Below, in pieces: positions 49,880 to 63,655 of a DNA stretch of 64,000 nt. Source of the stretch: Camelus ferus (Eukaryota); assembly GCF_009834535.1 (NCBI RefSeq), contig NC_045697.1, forward strand, positions 118,546,001 to 118,610,000, read 5' to 3'. The position numbers and the translations under genes are program-made. How positions within the stretch are numbered: the stretch's first letter is position 1; every line of letters begins with the position of its first letter. Under the pieces are notes generated by a model. It searched no databases and had not been told where the DNA came from. It saw only the letters and a list, made by a program, of their open reading frames with translations.

Positions 49880-51365
49880 CTACAGGCAGGAGCAGCTCAG
49901 AACAGAGGAGGCACCTCCTGTTCCTGCGAATACAGAAAAAGCCAGGCATGAGAAAGCAAAGACCCTACTGTCGTCGGTCATTTCCAAGCAAAACAAAAAT
50001 TCTGGTGGAGATGTCAATCCTAAAATGGATGGAACACTGGTGAGCATTCTGGTAAAATACCTGCGTACCCAGGAACCACAAAGGACCCCTGGCTGGGACC
50101 CTGCACGTTCACTGTTAAACTGCACAGGATGAGGCTGTACATGAATTAATTACAAAAGAGTCATATTTACCAACATCTGCACACACATTTGAGAAACTCC
50201 CAAAATTATCTATGTCTCACAAGTTGCTAGACCAACTATTAGTATTTTAGTATTTTCCAGTGGAATATAATTTTCTCCAAAATGCCTTTAGAACAAACTA
50301 CTGATTTCCCCTTTTTTCCCCAGTCCATTTGGCCTAGTTTGATTCCCCAAGAGTGGAAGACGATGGTTTTAGGACAGAAGTCAAGTCTCAGTCTAGGTCA
50401 TACTAGTGTGGGAACTACTACACCCTCACTATGATCTCTTCTGAAAAGTCAGAACAGCATAACTAACGTCTCCTCAACACACCTGAAGAAAAAAAATACA
50501 TTATGATGCCCAAGTGTATGTTGTTAGATCTGAAACACTGACTTTCACGTGAAAAAATTAATTGAAATGATTACTGCAAAAGATTTTTTTTCTATCAATA
50601 GTGCAGTAATTTTAAAATAGCATCAAAATGAAAAGCAAATAGTATTTTTTTCAAAGAACTCCTGATTCCTTGAGAACATGCCATTGGATTTGCAGGGGTG
50701 TGTGGATCTGACTCTGGAAGACACTGGAGTAAACCCAGAAGGCCTCTCTCCCTGGGGGTCCACGAACATCACGCGCTGGGCTGTCCTGGCCTGCGCTCCC
50801 TCCTGCTTTTGTTTGTGTTGATGCTGTGACCATGCTTCTCCACACAATCCACCACCCGTTTCTCACCAGCTACTTTTCAGCCGAACTGTCTGCTTGTAAA
50901 TTCTGCTGATCAGCAGTACCAACGATCTTGACTACCTGGGTCCACCAACTTTCCAAGCTTGTAAAGTCAAAAGGCACGAAAGTGTGAAAAAGAGGCCGTG
51001 TCGTGCCTGGAACAGTGCCGGGAACTCTGTGTTTACAGTTGGGCCTTGCGGCGAGCTTCTTTGAAACAGGCATTATTATCCCCAGTGGGCCAGAGGCTCC
51101 AAGTTGAGGACATTTTCTTCCATCTGAAATGCTAGAAAGTGACAGAGCTCGGGCTGAAACGCAGGTCCAGCTGACCCCACAGCGAGTGCATTTTCTGTGA
51201 ACCCAAACTCATTACCTAATGAGTTTCTAAATAATCAGGTTTATACAGTTGGATTAGTTTATCTTAAAGATACGGTTTATAAGTTTACCTTAGAAAGCGA
51301 ACAAGAACATAAAAACCTCCTTAGCTGATGGAACTTCAATCGTCCAGGCTAAAGTCTAACATTTC

Positions 51366-51775
51366 ACATATCACTTATATGTGGAATCTAAAAAAAGAAA
51401 GAAAGAAAAAAGAGGACACTATGAACTCATCTACAAATAAGGAACAGACACACTGACATAGTAAACAATCTTACGGTTTCTGGCGGCAGGGGGTGGGAAG
51501 GGATGAATTTGAGAGTTTGAGATTTGCAAATGTTAGCCACTGTATATAAAAATGGATAAGTAACAGATTTCTTCTGTATAGCACAGGGAACCATATTCAA
51601 TATCCTATAGTTACCTTTAATGAAAAAGAATATGAAAATGTATATGCATGTATATGCATGTACATGCATGCCTGGGACATTGGGCTGTACACCAGAAATT
51701 GACACATTGTAACTGACTATGCTTCAGTTAAAGAAAAAAAGGCAAGAAAAAGAAAATAATTAACTTACAAAAAAA
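51366..51775 (+). mobile_element. L1 3' tail
   Basis: atatcacttatatgtggaatctaaaaaa...gcacagggaaccatattcaatatc...gctgtacaccagaaattgacacattgtaactgac. Confidence 0.85.
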
Positions 51776-52007
51776 ATTAGTGTATTTAATAATAAAAAAT
51801 CATTTATTATTTTCTTTTCTATGCACCTCAGTGCTCTCCATGTATTCCTAATATGTATAAGCAACAGCTTGTAATTTGTCACAACTTATCTAGTACGTCG
51901 AGAACAATGGCCTACTCATTTCCCAAACTGGGACAAACAAGGCAGGTGAAGTCGCATTTGCCAGCCCTCTGGGTGTTCAGGGTGCCCAGGGTTGGGGAAG
52001 GGATGAG

Positions 52008-52043
52008 GACGGGCCAGAAGCAGCAGACGGGCCAGAAGCAGCA
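52008..52043. repeat. 18-bp tandem duplication GACGGGCCAGAAGCAGCA x2
   Basis: Direct reading. Confidence 0.9.
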
Positions 52044-52599
52044 GCCCGGCCCTGGGCCCTGAGCTACTCAAAGCCACACCCACACCTGTGGTCAGGTGGA
52101 ATTTAGGAATCTTCGGGAAGGTACAGGGAGATCGCAGACCCAGCAGGGAGATGATCAGTGGTGAGAAACCTGTGTCTACAGGGCCGGAGTGGGTCACTCC
52201 CACTCTGCAGTCGGAGACTCAGCTCCGCCACTCCCCAGCCCACACACGCAGAGGGATGAGAGATGGGTCTGGAGAAAACTTGCAAAACCAGACTGGATTT
52301 GGCCTGTGGGTCAGGGGTTAGAGTTCCTTCCTCATCTCTTCCACCTCAAAGTGAGCCTGTGTGGGTTCAGTTCTGCAGAATTTCAAAGTAATAAAGGGGG
52401 AGTGTATCAGATAACCTTACATAAATATTTATTTATAAAAATTAAATCACCATTATTTTATATGAATTTTTAGGAAGAAGAACTGTCTTAATTGAATGTC
52501 ATGATTTCAGTTATATCAAAATATAAGCCAATAACTAGAAAAGAGTTCACTCAAAAAAAAGGAAGGCTATACAATAGATTACATATAAAATTGATATAG

Positions 52600-52743
52600 G
52601 ACAGGGAACTATATTCAATATCTTGTAATATCCTATAATGAAAAAATATGAGAAGAAATATACATATGTATAACTGAATCACTATGCTGTACATGAGAAA
52701 TTAACACAACATTGGAAACTGACTATACTTCAATAAAAAAAAA
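52600..52743 (+). mobile_element. L1 3' tail
   Basis: acagggaactatattcaatatcttgtaata...gactatacttcaataaaaaaaaa. Confidence 0.8.
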
Positions 52744-55266
52744 GATTTTATGGTGGAGCCCATTCAGGTCTAGAACTTCCTAAAATAAGTTATTCTGGGA
52801 CATACTCTAATCTTAGCATTGGACCAAAGAGTCTGCCATGACATACTTCATGAAAAATTCCTTCACTACACCTAATCTTGTCAGTTAAGCCAGATTTTAG
52901 CCCTTGTCCCCAAACCCAACACTGTATTCTCATCTTCCTCTTCAGTCCCACAACTGAACAGCCAACCCTTCCTGGAAATCTCCTCTGTCACAGTGCTGTA
53001 ATTCCCAGAAAATGTGCCCAACATTGTTTTTAATTAAAGCAAAAACAGCAGCAGGAAACAAGGCTGACTTCACGATCAGTTAAGTGTTTAGTCTCATTAA
53101 ATCACACATGTGTAAACAAACTCATTAGCAGTCGCCGTCTGTTCCGCGGAAGAATTTGCACCGAGAACAGATGCGTGCAGATTGGGCACCTTGGAAGTCC
53201 GTGTTTGCCTGGCGTGGTCCTGCCGGGAAGACAGAACGCGCCCTTGGGCTGCACGAGGGATGATCTGTAGGTGCAGCCTTAGCAGTGACTTCAGGAATGG
53301 TTTGATCGCTCCCGAATTCAGTCCAGAGTGGGGTGTAGAGATGGCAGTAAAAAACATGGCAAGGAAAAAACAAATTAATTAAAGTGATGCATTTCGTGAC
53401 CAGGCCTTGGCAGGCAGTGGGATATATATTCTCAGAAACTCGGAGAGGTGCTTGTCATCCACAGTTGATGATTAAACAGCCTCCAAATGTTCTGACTGCT
53501 CTCTCCTTTCACTGGTAAGTGATTAACTCTGCTGCGCTGAGAATAAGGGCCCATCTACCGGCCTCAAATTAACAACCAGGATACCCTACTGCTCAGGAAA
53601 TGTGGCTCCATCATTAAACTCCAGGAGGGAATTAAGCACAAAAGCCTTGTTTTTCATATGTTTAAAAAAAACCAAACCTGAGAGAAGCACCCACTAGGTC
53701 CTCTGTCTGTTTCACAACAGAGGTCCTTACACCAGACCCAGCACCCAGCCAGGCCGAAATCTGTGACTAAAGAAGTATGAGTGTTTTAAGATTCAATTCC
53801 AAAGTGCAGATTTTTTAAGAGGGAACTTCAAAACAGACAGCCTCAGGAAAGGCAGAGTGTCCACACTCCAGCACACACCTACCGACCATTTTCAGAAACA
53901 GATGTCAAGAGGACAGCTTGACGTCCCTGGTAGACTGCAAGCTGAACGCTTTCATTCCTCAAAGGCTGCACAAATGTTCAGTACAAGTCCCTAAGTCACG
54001 CTTGTAAACTGTGTTCTTTTCACTTGGCAGTAAAGGGCACTTACAGAACTTGCCCCTTCGATATATCAGGAAAGCGGGATGAAGCAGTGGAGGAGCTTGT
54101 GCGAAGGTCCAAGTCTCTCCAGCACTAAGTGGAGGGAAAGGACGCGGTTCCAGCGCCTCCAGGCATCACTCCTCCCTGCTTTCCCTTCTGTGCTGTGTTC
54201 AAGTCCTCGGACAAGATTTATTCCTGCGTCTCCAAGGCTCTGGTTTTTGCTTCCCCGGTGTCACCCCCAACCTCCTTGGTAAATTCCAGGATGAGCTCCT
54301 GGAAGTTAAAGCTCAAGAATCCTTCGGCACTGAACACACTCGATGTCATTCATTCCTTTGCTTGTTCACGTTTCACTCTGTTCAGTAGGTATCTAGGATG
54401 GTCTGCAACGTGTGGGCCATCCTTCCAGACGCCAAGGGCAGAGCAGCACGCAACGGGCATCACATCCCTCGTGGAGAGGACAGTCCAACAGGAAAGCTAT
54501 TTCCGACGCACAGTTCACGGTGTGACATGTGCGATAGCAGTGGCGCGTAGCTCTGGGAGGGCAAGTAGGGGCTGAAATCAGTCCCAGGAGGAAGAGACAT
54601 CCAGCTGCATGGTGGCTGGGAGCCTCAGAAGACAGTCCCAGAGAGGCCGACGTGCTCGGAGGTGGGGACAGACCAGTCGTGGTCCAGGGGGTGGAATTCC
54701 CCGGGCCTGGCTGGGGCGTGTGGACAGTGGTGAGGGGCGGCACGGGCAGAGGCCAGGGCGTCCCTGGCAGGAGGGCCCTGCAGACCAGGCTCAACAAGCC
54801 TAAGCTCTAGGCCACGGGCCACCAACTGAGTGATGAAGAAGTGGGTCTGAGTAGAGCAGACTGGGACGCAGAATGAGAGGTGGTTGGCGCTGGACAGGGG
54901 GCTGGCCTTGGATGGGTGAGAACAGTGACCCAGGGGATGACAGAGTGGGTCATTTCTGGCTCTCTTCCCAGGGAGAAGCCACAGGCTTTGGCTCCTGAGG
55001 GGACCCGAGGGGACTTGAGGACTCTCCGTCTCAACACCAAAGCCAAGGCACAAGTCTGGGGCCATGGAGGGCAATTGAAATGGTCCAGGGTGCACCCCCC
55101 AGGCCTGGGGCTATTCGTGGTCACTCAGCCCAGATGCAGGCTCTCAGTGTGACCTGACACCTTGCAGGAGGGGACGCTTCACCTCTCCTACTGAAATCTC
55201 CTTCGGGAAGGCGTTTCTCATCCTCCCAAAGCCCAGACACGGGAACACTGATTGCAATTTACATCA

Positions 55267-55445
55267 ATATATAAAAAACAAATTTCTTCTGTACAGCACA
55301 GGAAACTATATTCAGTATCTTGTAATGGCCTTTAATGAAAAAGAATAGGAAAACAAATATATGTATGCATATGCGTGACTGGGACACTGCTGTACACCAG
55401 AAAGTGACACACTGTAACTGACTGTACTGCAATTTAAAAAAAAAA
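55267..55445 (+). mobile_element. L1 3' tail
   Basis: ttcttctgtacagcacaggaaactatattcagtatcttg...gctgtacaccagaaagtgacac. Near-TSD aatttacatca / aatgtacatca. Confidence 0.8.
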
Positions 55446-58400
55446 TGTACATCACCAATTCGCAACAGACTGCGCTTGTACATGAGTGTCAGTGTCTCCA
55501 GCTCTCTTCAAGAACAGTGGGGGGGGTGCTTACTTTTTGTTACTAAGAGCCTAGACTGATAATCCTCCCAAAACAAGGAGGTCACCTCTAAAGCAGTGGA
55601 AACCTCAGATCTACGGACCAGAATGCCAGGAACCCCCATTCCCCTGAAAACAACTGCCTCACTGAAGCCACGGGATCAGACACGAATTACGTCTAACACA
55701 TGACACTAAGTCATTGAAAATGAGGTGGTGTGATCCACGCCTTTCTTGTGGGATTTAGGGGGCAATTCAGGGACAACTTTGTCATAGTAGCAAAGTTTAG
55801 TACACTCCATGGTAGGGAGATTTTAACTCTTATGGATTATCATTTGTTTGATTGTCAAATTGTACAGCAAAATGTTTGCAGAATGTCTTGTAACTCATTA
55901 AGGAGCAAAACCTTTGAGACTATAAATCCTAACCATCTATGTTTTTAAAACTCTCCAATAGGATTATCAGTGAAATTTGAATACATGCAGTTACTATCTC
56001 TTCAAATTACGTATCATGACCACTTAGAGCAGGTCATGGAGATCATGAGGAAACCGGACCAATGTCTCAATATTTTGCTCCTGAAATGTATGAAATAACT
56101 TCCTGGGCTTTTCCTACCATCCCCATCACAGTATACAGCTGAAATAGTTCCTTCCAGAGACCAAGCCATTTACAAATATATGTACTGAAAATGTAATAAT
56201 TACTATGAAAAGGGTGAAGGGAGAAATTACCTCTGTTACCCTATAAAAAGCCATTCCGTTTTTCCTGTTTTCCGGTGAATACTGGGTATTTCTGTAATGG
56301 GATGTGGCTCGTACTCAATTACAAATAGGGGGATATTTCGGGATAAAGTAGCAGTCACGCTAGGTCCCCGCCCCACACTCTCCCTCAGTCTGCACGTACA
56401 CCGTGTCCTGGGAGGATTTATCACACACTTTTATCTATTGCGTCTCCACAACTCAGCAGGTCCAGCACTGTCCTCAAGTCTCTTCCAATCAAGCCACCTT
56501 TTCCCCCTACATCAGTCCCATAATTACTGTAGTGCCGTATTCCCTACAATACAGCCTATCTTTTTATAACTAAGCGTGTATATTTTTTAGGATTGTTACA
56601 ACTTTTGTTACTGCTCGTGTTGACTGGTTTCACCCCAACACACTTTCTTCCCATAAGTCCTTTTATTTCTAGTAGAGTTGAGCAGCAGAGCACACGTGGC
56701 TTTTAAGGGACACGTATATCGTGCTGTATCAGAAATGCCTGTATCACAATGATGTTTGATTTAAATTTACAAGTAAGGTTAAAAACCTACTTAACTATCT
56801 GGAAAAACACCCAAGAAGGTCACATTATCTTAGACTTCACAGCTTTTATTACGACTTAGTTAGTATACTCCGATGAGACTTGCAAAATGCAAGCAAATCC
56901 ATGATGGGGAAACAACTGGGCTGGTAGATTTCAGGTAAGTGGCATAATGACACCGTAACCTTTTCGTTTTCTCTTCTTTTTCATTTTAGCCAGCCACAAA
57001 GTCCCGGAAGCACATCCCTGACTTGATGTGCCCACAGCCACGCGTCCCCACTTCCTTCCCTCTTCTGCAAGGATGCATCTGGCAGACACGTGACGGTTGG
57101 CGCAGTACGATGGAGCCCTCGTGGTCTGCGGGGACCAGCTCACGCAAACGCAGCTGCGCTCTGAGGTCGTGGAGTCGGACCAGCAGGGAAGAGCTCCGTC
57201 AGGCCCCAGGACCGCAGGTCCGTGTCTGCCTCTCGCCCCTACCGTGTCCCAGCTCTGTGACGTCTCAGCCTGACTTCACCTGAACTTTCCGCACCTGGGA
57301 ACAGGGATGCCAACAGCAACTATTTCATGTACGTGTTGTGATGGGAAACGTCGATAAACGTAAAACACTTAGGAAAGCAGCTGTTGCCCGTCTGCAGTGA
57401 GTAAATGTCAGCCATTACAGTCCCTCCTCAGCAGTTCAGGGATGTCGACCAGGCTCCTACACTTCATTAAGCTTCTGTTTCCTCACCCACGAAAGGGGAA
57501 AATGGTGGTGAAATGGGGATACATGAAGGATCAGAGAAAATAATATGCAAAGGCCATCACGCTCACAGAAGTCACTAAATAAATGACTGACAAGATTATT
57601 CTGCCTTCCCAGGAAGATCTGGGAACATCTGAAACCTGTGACACTCTCTTTCCATCACTTTTCAAAGCCAAGGGAGCTCATACATGGCAGGTGCTTGGTG
57701 CCCTGCAAATACAGAAAATGTTCTCCACCTGAAGAGCATGACAACACATCCAGAAAGGAATGCTTGTCAATAGTTAGGGTTCCTTTTATTGAATTATGAA
57801 ATAATAGTGTTTACAGCCCAGCCCAGAGCACTGACGTTCTATTTTGGTTTCATCTTGTGTAATTCGATTAGCTAATAAGCTGCATGCCAAATTTCTTTAA
57901 TAAAATATTAGAATAAAAAATTGAAGAACTATTCTAGATTCTAAATCTCTTTTTCCACTCATTAAACCAAACGTGTTATATCAAGCAAGTCTTTTGTCAC
58001 CTGAATGCATACTGTTTTCTATAAATCCACATTATCCCCAATGTGGAAAATTTTTTGAACCAAATAAACTCTTAACAACCAAGCTGAAAGAGAAATTCTT
58101 TGCTATCTGATTTTCTTTTCCTAAAATGAGAGATTGACAAATAATTAGTATGTGTTATACAAAGACTCTTACCTCTAGTCACTGCTTTTGTAATTACCTG
58201 TTCTCCTCAAGGTCAAGTCAGTGTTAACCCTTCCATGGACTCACTTTCTCAAAGTTTATTGATCTTTGTAGAAGGGTTTAAGTGATGAGGAGGGAGAGGT
58301 GAGACACTTACTGGAATGTTAATTTCAGGATATTTGTGCAATCCAGGTGAAGCACCCAGAGTCTGAGTAGAATCGGGTTTCTAACAAGAGTAATTAAGGT

Positions 58401-59039
58401 AGGTTCTGGGACTGACTGTCACATCCGTGCAGTACCTGAAGTCACATGCTGAACACTGAGGAGACTGGTGGAGGAAAGCCAAATGATCTGGGCTCTAATC
58501 TGTCATATTTGGAAAGAAGATTCTAGAAGAAGATGCAAGAGTGACCCTGGAGTCTCCTAATCCAGCCCTTGGAGCTTTTCCCAAGATCCTTGAGGGAAAA
58601 AAAATGACCCCCAACTAAGAATCATGAAGGTTTGTCACCACTGCTGGAGACGGAACCTCATCCAACCTGCTCAAGAACAAATGAATCAAGACACGTTGGC
58701 CTGGCCACACAGAAAGACAGAGGAAGCCCAGGAGAGCGGTGAGAAATGTGCCAATGGTGGAGGCCCGGGCGGGGAGGAGCTGGGCACCGGGCCAACGGGG
58801 AGGCTCAGACGAAGCCACACCACCCCTAGAAGGACACTGGACACGCATGGGTGGGCAAACCATGGCCTGTGGGCCAAAGCCCGCCTCATGCCTGCTTCCT
58901 TCCAGCCCTTGTGCTAAGAATGGTCTTTCCAGGATGAAAGGCTGGAGAAAAATGTGAAGAATGTTTCCCAATGCAGGAGCACCGCATGAAACTCGAGTTT
59001 CAGTGCCCACAAATAAGGCCTCACTGGGACACAGCCAAG

Positions 59040-59056
59040 TTGCACCACAATAAGAA

Positions 59057-59145
<89 letters not shown>

Positions 59146-59888
59146 GTCTCTGCCCGCCCGCTCCCTTTCCTAGTTGCCTAGCACCCTGGGAGTCTCCAGT
59201 GACGTGTCTTTTTGTGTGCCATTGAGGGGGCTGGGGGCTGGGGTCTCCCTGATGGCCCGAGCTGGGGTTAGAGGGTCGGAATCCTGTGTCCCAGCAAGTC
59301 TCCGGGGAGGGAAGGGGCTGGAGTTGCCCTGAACACTAATGGTCAAAATTTAATCAGTAGTGCTGACCTAATGAGGCCTCTATAGAAAACCCTGACCGGA
59401 GGGATTTCAGGGACCTCCTAGGGTGCTGAACACACGAAGGTGCCAGGAGGGTGGTGCACCCAGAGCGGGCTTGGGGGCTGGCGTGGGGGCTGCATCCTTC
59501 CCCCTAGTCCTTGCCCCCTGCGTCTCTTCCATCTGGCTGTTCTCGAATTGCATCCTTTTGTAATAAACAGGTAGGATGGTAAGTAAACTGTTTTCCTGAG
59601 TTCTGTGAGCTCCTCTGGCACATCCCTGAGCCCAGGGAGGGGCCATGGGCACCTTCAGCTCACAGCTTGTTGTGGGAAGGACCAGGCATGGACCTGGGAT
59701 TAGGATCCGAGGTGGGGGGCTGTCCTGTGGGACTGACCCATTCATCTGTGACTCTAGGAATATGGTCTCAGAACTGAACTCAGTGGTAGATGCCCGGCTA
59801 GAGGCGGGGAGCTGCTTGGTGAGGGAAACCACACGTCTGGTGTCAGGTGTTAAATGCTGACATAGAGGGAAACCGGGTTTTTACGTTT
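59040..59888 (+). mobile_element. MER21-like LTR element containing a (TA)n tract
   Basis: aataagaaat...tttggtctctgccc...gcatccttttgtaataaac...gtaagtaaactgttttcctgagttctgtgagc, typical of MER21. Confidence 0.65.
59064..59141. repeat. (TA)39 microsatellite
   Basis: Uninterrupted TA run. Confidence 0.97.
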
Positions 59889-62629
59889 CCAGGCTCGTTC
59901 ACTTACAGAAGGCTGCTGAGTTGGAAGGCCAACGAGACAGACCAGGCCAGCAAAGCCGAAATCACTTACTGTCTTGTCCTTCACAGACTCAGCTTGCTGA
60001 CCTTCTAAGACGGCACATACATTACCTCACTTAATCTTTGCAGCAATCCTACAGGGAGTCTGCGTGTGTGTGTTTTACACAAGAAGAATCTAAAACACAG
60101 ATTCAGAAACTTGTCTGCAGTCACTGCTTACGAGTGGCAGAAACAGGCAATGAACCCAGGCTTATCTGGCTATAAAGCCAGTGTTCTGGGGCGACTCTGA
60201 GAAATGGGGGGCCTTGTACATACCATCGTGATTACTCCTGAAATTCCTCTACCAATAAATACAACCTGGGAAAACAAAGATTAAATTTATCAGCTAAAAT
60301 AGAAGGTCAGACTGTCGGGCCTGGGGGCTGAGGGAAAGTCCAGACGTTCCCGAAACACAGGTGTGGGAGACCCTCTCGGGAACCCCTTCTGCAAAATTTT
60401 ACTTTGAGCCAAGGCCAGCCAAAAAAAAAAGCAAATTCCAAGACAATGCGTTCTGATTTTTCACATTACAAGTAGTTCAGGAGACGCCACGACCAGAAAC
60501 GAGATTTGGCCTCTAAACGTGGACTTCACGGGTGTGTATTTGGATCTGCACAAAGCATGGGCTGAGAAGGCTGAGTTCGTCCCCGTTAGACCTGAGACCA
60601 CAACCATATCCTTCCAGTGCCGCCTCATCTCTGACTGGCTGAAAACAGACAAGGTTAAAGAAATGTGCCTGCTCACAGTAAACGCAAACACGTTTTCTTC
60701 TTCGCTTCTGCATCTCTCATGTAAACGTCAACGCTAAGGCTCAGGCGTTTACAAGCAGGAGAGATGTCAGAGCTTATTTACAGCTGGTGGAACAAAAATC
60801 CAGATTTTTGTGACTTGGCCCAAGCCCCAGAGCTCCTGTGGCGTGGCGGTCAACGTGGGCAACTTGACCTTGGCCCAGAGCTCACCCCTACACTCTCATC
60901 ACCCCCTCACCCGAAACGCAGGGAAACCTCTCTCCTTCTGTGGGCCCACCCCCCAAACTGCTGACTCTGCTTTGACCAGCAGGTCACAACTAGTTCCCCG
61001 AATTCCAGGTCCGCACGTGATCAGTTGGGAGTTATCACACACACTGGGTTTCAGTCCGATCAGAGGCTTACGTTCCATGGACGTATCACACCAACACTAA
61101 CACACACGGCAAAACTGCTTTAGCCATCTTCAGTTTCCAGACTATTTCCCCAGGCTCTTTTGCATGATTTGCTCATCGCCTTTTGTACTTTCTCAAGGAG
61201 TTATCTTTAGTCCTTTCTTAATTCTCTAAACATCTTTTCTGAATAGCCTTATTCATCAGCCTGTCTTTGCCACTTAATCGAAAAGTTATGGACGTTTCCA
61301 GCCTTAACCTAACCAACCACACAGATTACAAGCTATCCGACTTTAGACTTCCGGTGTGCAGTTTTACACTGAAATGGAAAGACAGGACTACCGGCTTGCA
61401 GCCATCTGGTGCAAACGCAGGCGATGTAGAGGTATTAAGTCCTCACCACACAGTTCACTCTTACGCCTTTATCTCCTCTGAAGCTTCTGCACGTGCAGCC
61501 CAGACACAGATGCAAACAGCACAGAGCTGGAGAACGAAGTCATTTCCAAAACGTTTTCCCATATAGTTTCCTCTTTTCTGTTTTATTATTTCGTATTGGC
61601 TGTCCCACTTTTATTATTTTTGTCAATTATTTTTTTCCCTTCCTGTTTTATCATTCTTCGGCCTTTTTTGGAAGGGAAAACTCTCACTTGACCCAGAAAT
61701 GGACGAGGTTCCCCAAGGTCATCTGAAAATGGCTAAGACTGGACGTGAAGTCTTCGGCACAAGGTCCTGCCCGAGGGGAAGAGCCGTGCGAGCGGATGGA
61801 GGGATGGAAAGTTGTGGGGCAGGCAGGAAAGGGTGGTGCCTGAGATATTCCAGAATTACAGCCGGCATCACGGACAACTGACCGGGCATCGGGAGCAAGA
61901 GAGATTTTGCTGAGCTCTGCCTGGAAGGATAACATGGCCTCGCTGGGAAGATGTGAGTCTGGGGAAGGACGCTGACTTCTGTGCTGTGTACACATCTCTG
62001 GGACTGCTGGCCGGACAGCCAGGCAGGGACACATCTGACCACTGGAGTCCGCAATGCAGGAGCATAAAGCAGACAAGAGACGTGAACTCCTGGGCCCCCA
62101 CACCGCGAGCCATTAAATCCAGGAGCTTAATTCAAGCTGCCTGGTGTTGAAGGGCTGGAGCCGAGAGGGAAGATGGCCCGACCAAGCGCCCCGGGAGGAC
62201 GTCCTTCACTGAGACTGAAGAAGGGCCGCATGACTCAGATGGAGAGGCAGACATCAGGAAAACACAAGGGGAATGCAAACAGAAGTGGGCGTGTGCTCAA
62301 AAGCAGGTTTTTTTTCTGGGGGCCTGAAGAGGGTACGGGGGTGTGCCTGTCGGCTGGGGCTGCCGCCACGCTGCACCAGAAACCGGGGGCCTAATGGCAG
62401 GGGCTCGTTTTCTCCCGGCCCTGGAGCTGCAGGTGGGCAGCACGAGCGAGTTTTGGTGAAAGCTCGCTCTCTCTCTCTTTTTATTTGTAACACCTTCATT
62501 GTGGCATGGCTCCTGTACAGTAAACTACACGTATTTCAGATGTACCATTTGATGGATTCTGATAGATGTCTGCACCCATGAAATCACCACCACAATGAAG
62601 ATAGCCAACATTTCCATCACTTCCCAAGA

Positions 62630-62782
62630 GGTGCAAATTTAGAATTCCCAATTTATCCCTTTCCACCCCCTTTACCCCCTGGTAACCATAACTTTGTTTT
62701 CTATGTCTGTAAGTCTGTTTCTGTTTTGTAAAAAAGTTCACTTGTGTCATTTTTTAGATTCACATTTAAATAGTATCATAGG
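62630..62782 (-). mobile_element. L1 3' UTR fragment
   Basis: cccaatttatcccttccacccc...ggtaaccataactttgttttctatgtctgt...ttttagattcacat. Confidence 0.75.
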
Positions 62783-62994
62783 TTTGCAGATGGCTACCTT
62801 CTCCTGGTGCCCTCACATTGCAGAGAGAGAGAGAGAGACAGCCTTTAGCTTTCTGCTGTCTCCTTCCATAAGGGCCCTAATCCCATCCTGAGGGCCCCAC
62901 CCTTGTGACCTCACCTAAACAGAATATTTCCTAAAAAAGTCCCTTTGTGTTCTATAGCATTAGTCATGAGACATTAGAATGCCTAAAATTTAAG

Positions 62995-63655
62995 TCCAAC
63001 AATGCTGAGACTTGATGAGGATGGGGAACAACCAGAATTTTCCATAAACTGTTGGTGAGAAAGTAAAAAGGAACAACCCCTTCTGGAAAGCAGTCTGGTG
63101 GTTTCTTAAAATGTGAACGCATCCTGCTATGCTGCCCAGCGTTCCACTTCTAGGTAAATACCCAAGAGAAAGGTCAGACAAAGACCTGAATGCAAACACG
63201 CATAGCAGCTTTACTTGTAATTACTGAAACCTGGAAACTATTCAGATGTCTTTGATCATGTGAATGAATGAAAAAGAAGTTGTTTTAGCCTTACATGGAA
63301 GGACCGTTATCCAGCAGGTGTGGGCAACCAAGAGGATAACCCCTCAAAGTCATCATCGGAGTGAACGGGACCACATACAAGCATCCACACCGTGACATTA
63401 CTTTTATCTAAAGCCTAGACACAAGTCTGCGAGTCCAGATGGCAGAATGGCAACCGCCCGGGGACAGAAGAGGGACACTGACTGGAAATGGACATAGGAA
63501 AACTTCTAGGGGAGATAGGGATGGTCTTTCTCTCGACCATGGTGGTGGTTTCACAGGTGAACACACCTGTCACATCTTCTCCAACTGCATATTTTATGTA
63601 TTTGAGGTTTATTGTACACAACATTATACCTTAGCCAAGTCATTAAAAAAAACCC
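62995..63655 (+). mobile_element. Ancient L1 (L1MC/ME-type) 3' region
   Basis: ctgttggtgaga...ctggaaagcagtctggtggtttctt...ccacttctaggtaaatacccaagagaa...tttattgtacacaacattatacctt. Confidence 0.6.

Larger units (their letters stand above)
49510..49880. promoter_or_regulatory. CpG-island-like segment over the start-codon exon
   Basis: Dense CpG including cgcgcgcg and (gcc)n. Confidence 0.65.
58848..60008 (+). mobile_element. MER58B-like hAT DNA transposon, interrupted by an LTR
   Basis: The 5' arm ggcaaaccatggcctgtgggccaaa...gctaagaatgg...ggacacagcc (58848-59039) and the 3' arm ...gcaaagccgaaat...ttgctgacc (59889-60008) match the recalled MER58B consensus. Confidence 0.65.
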
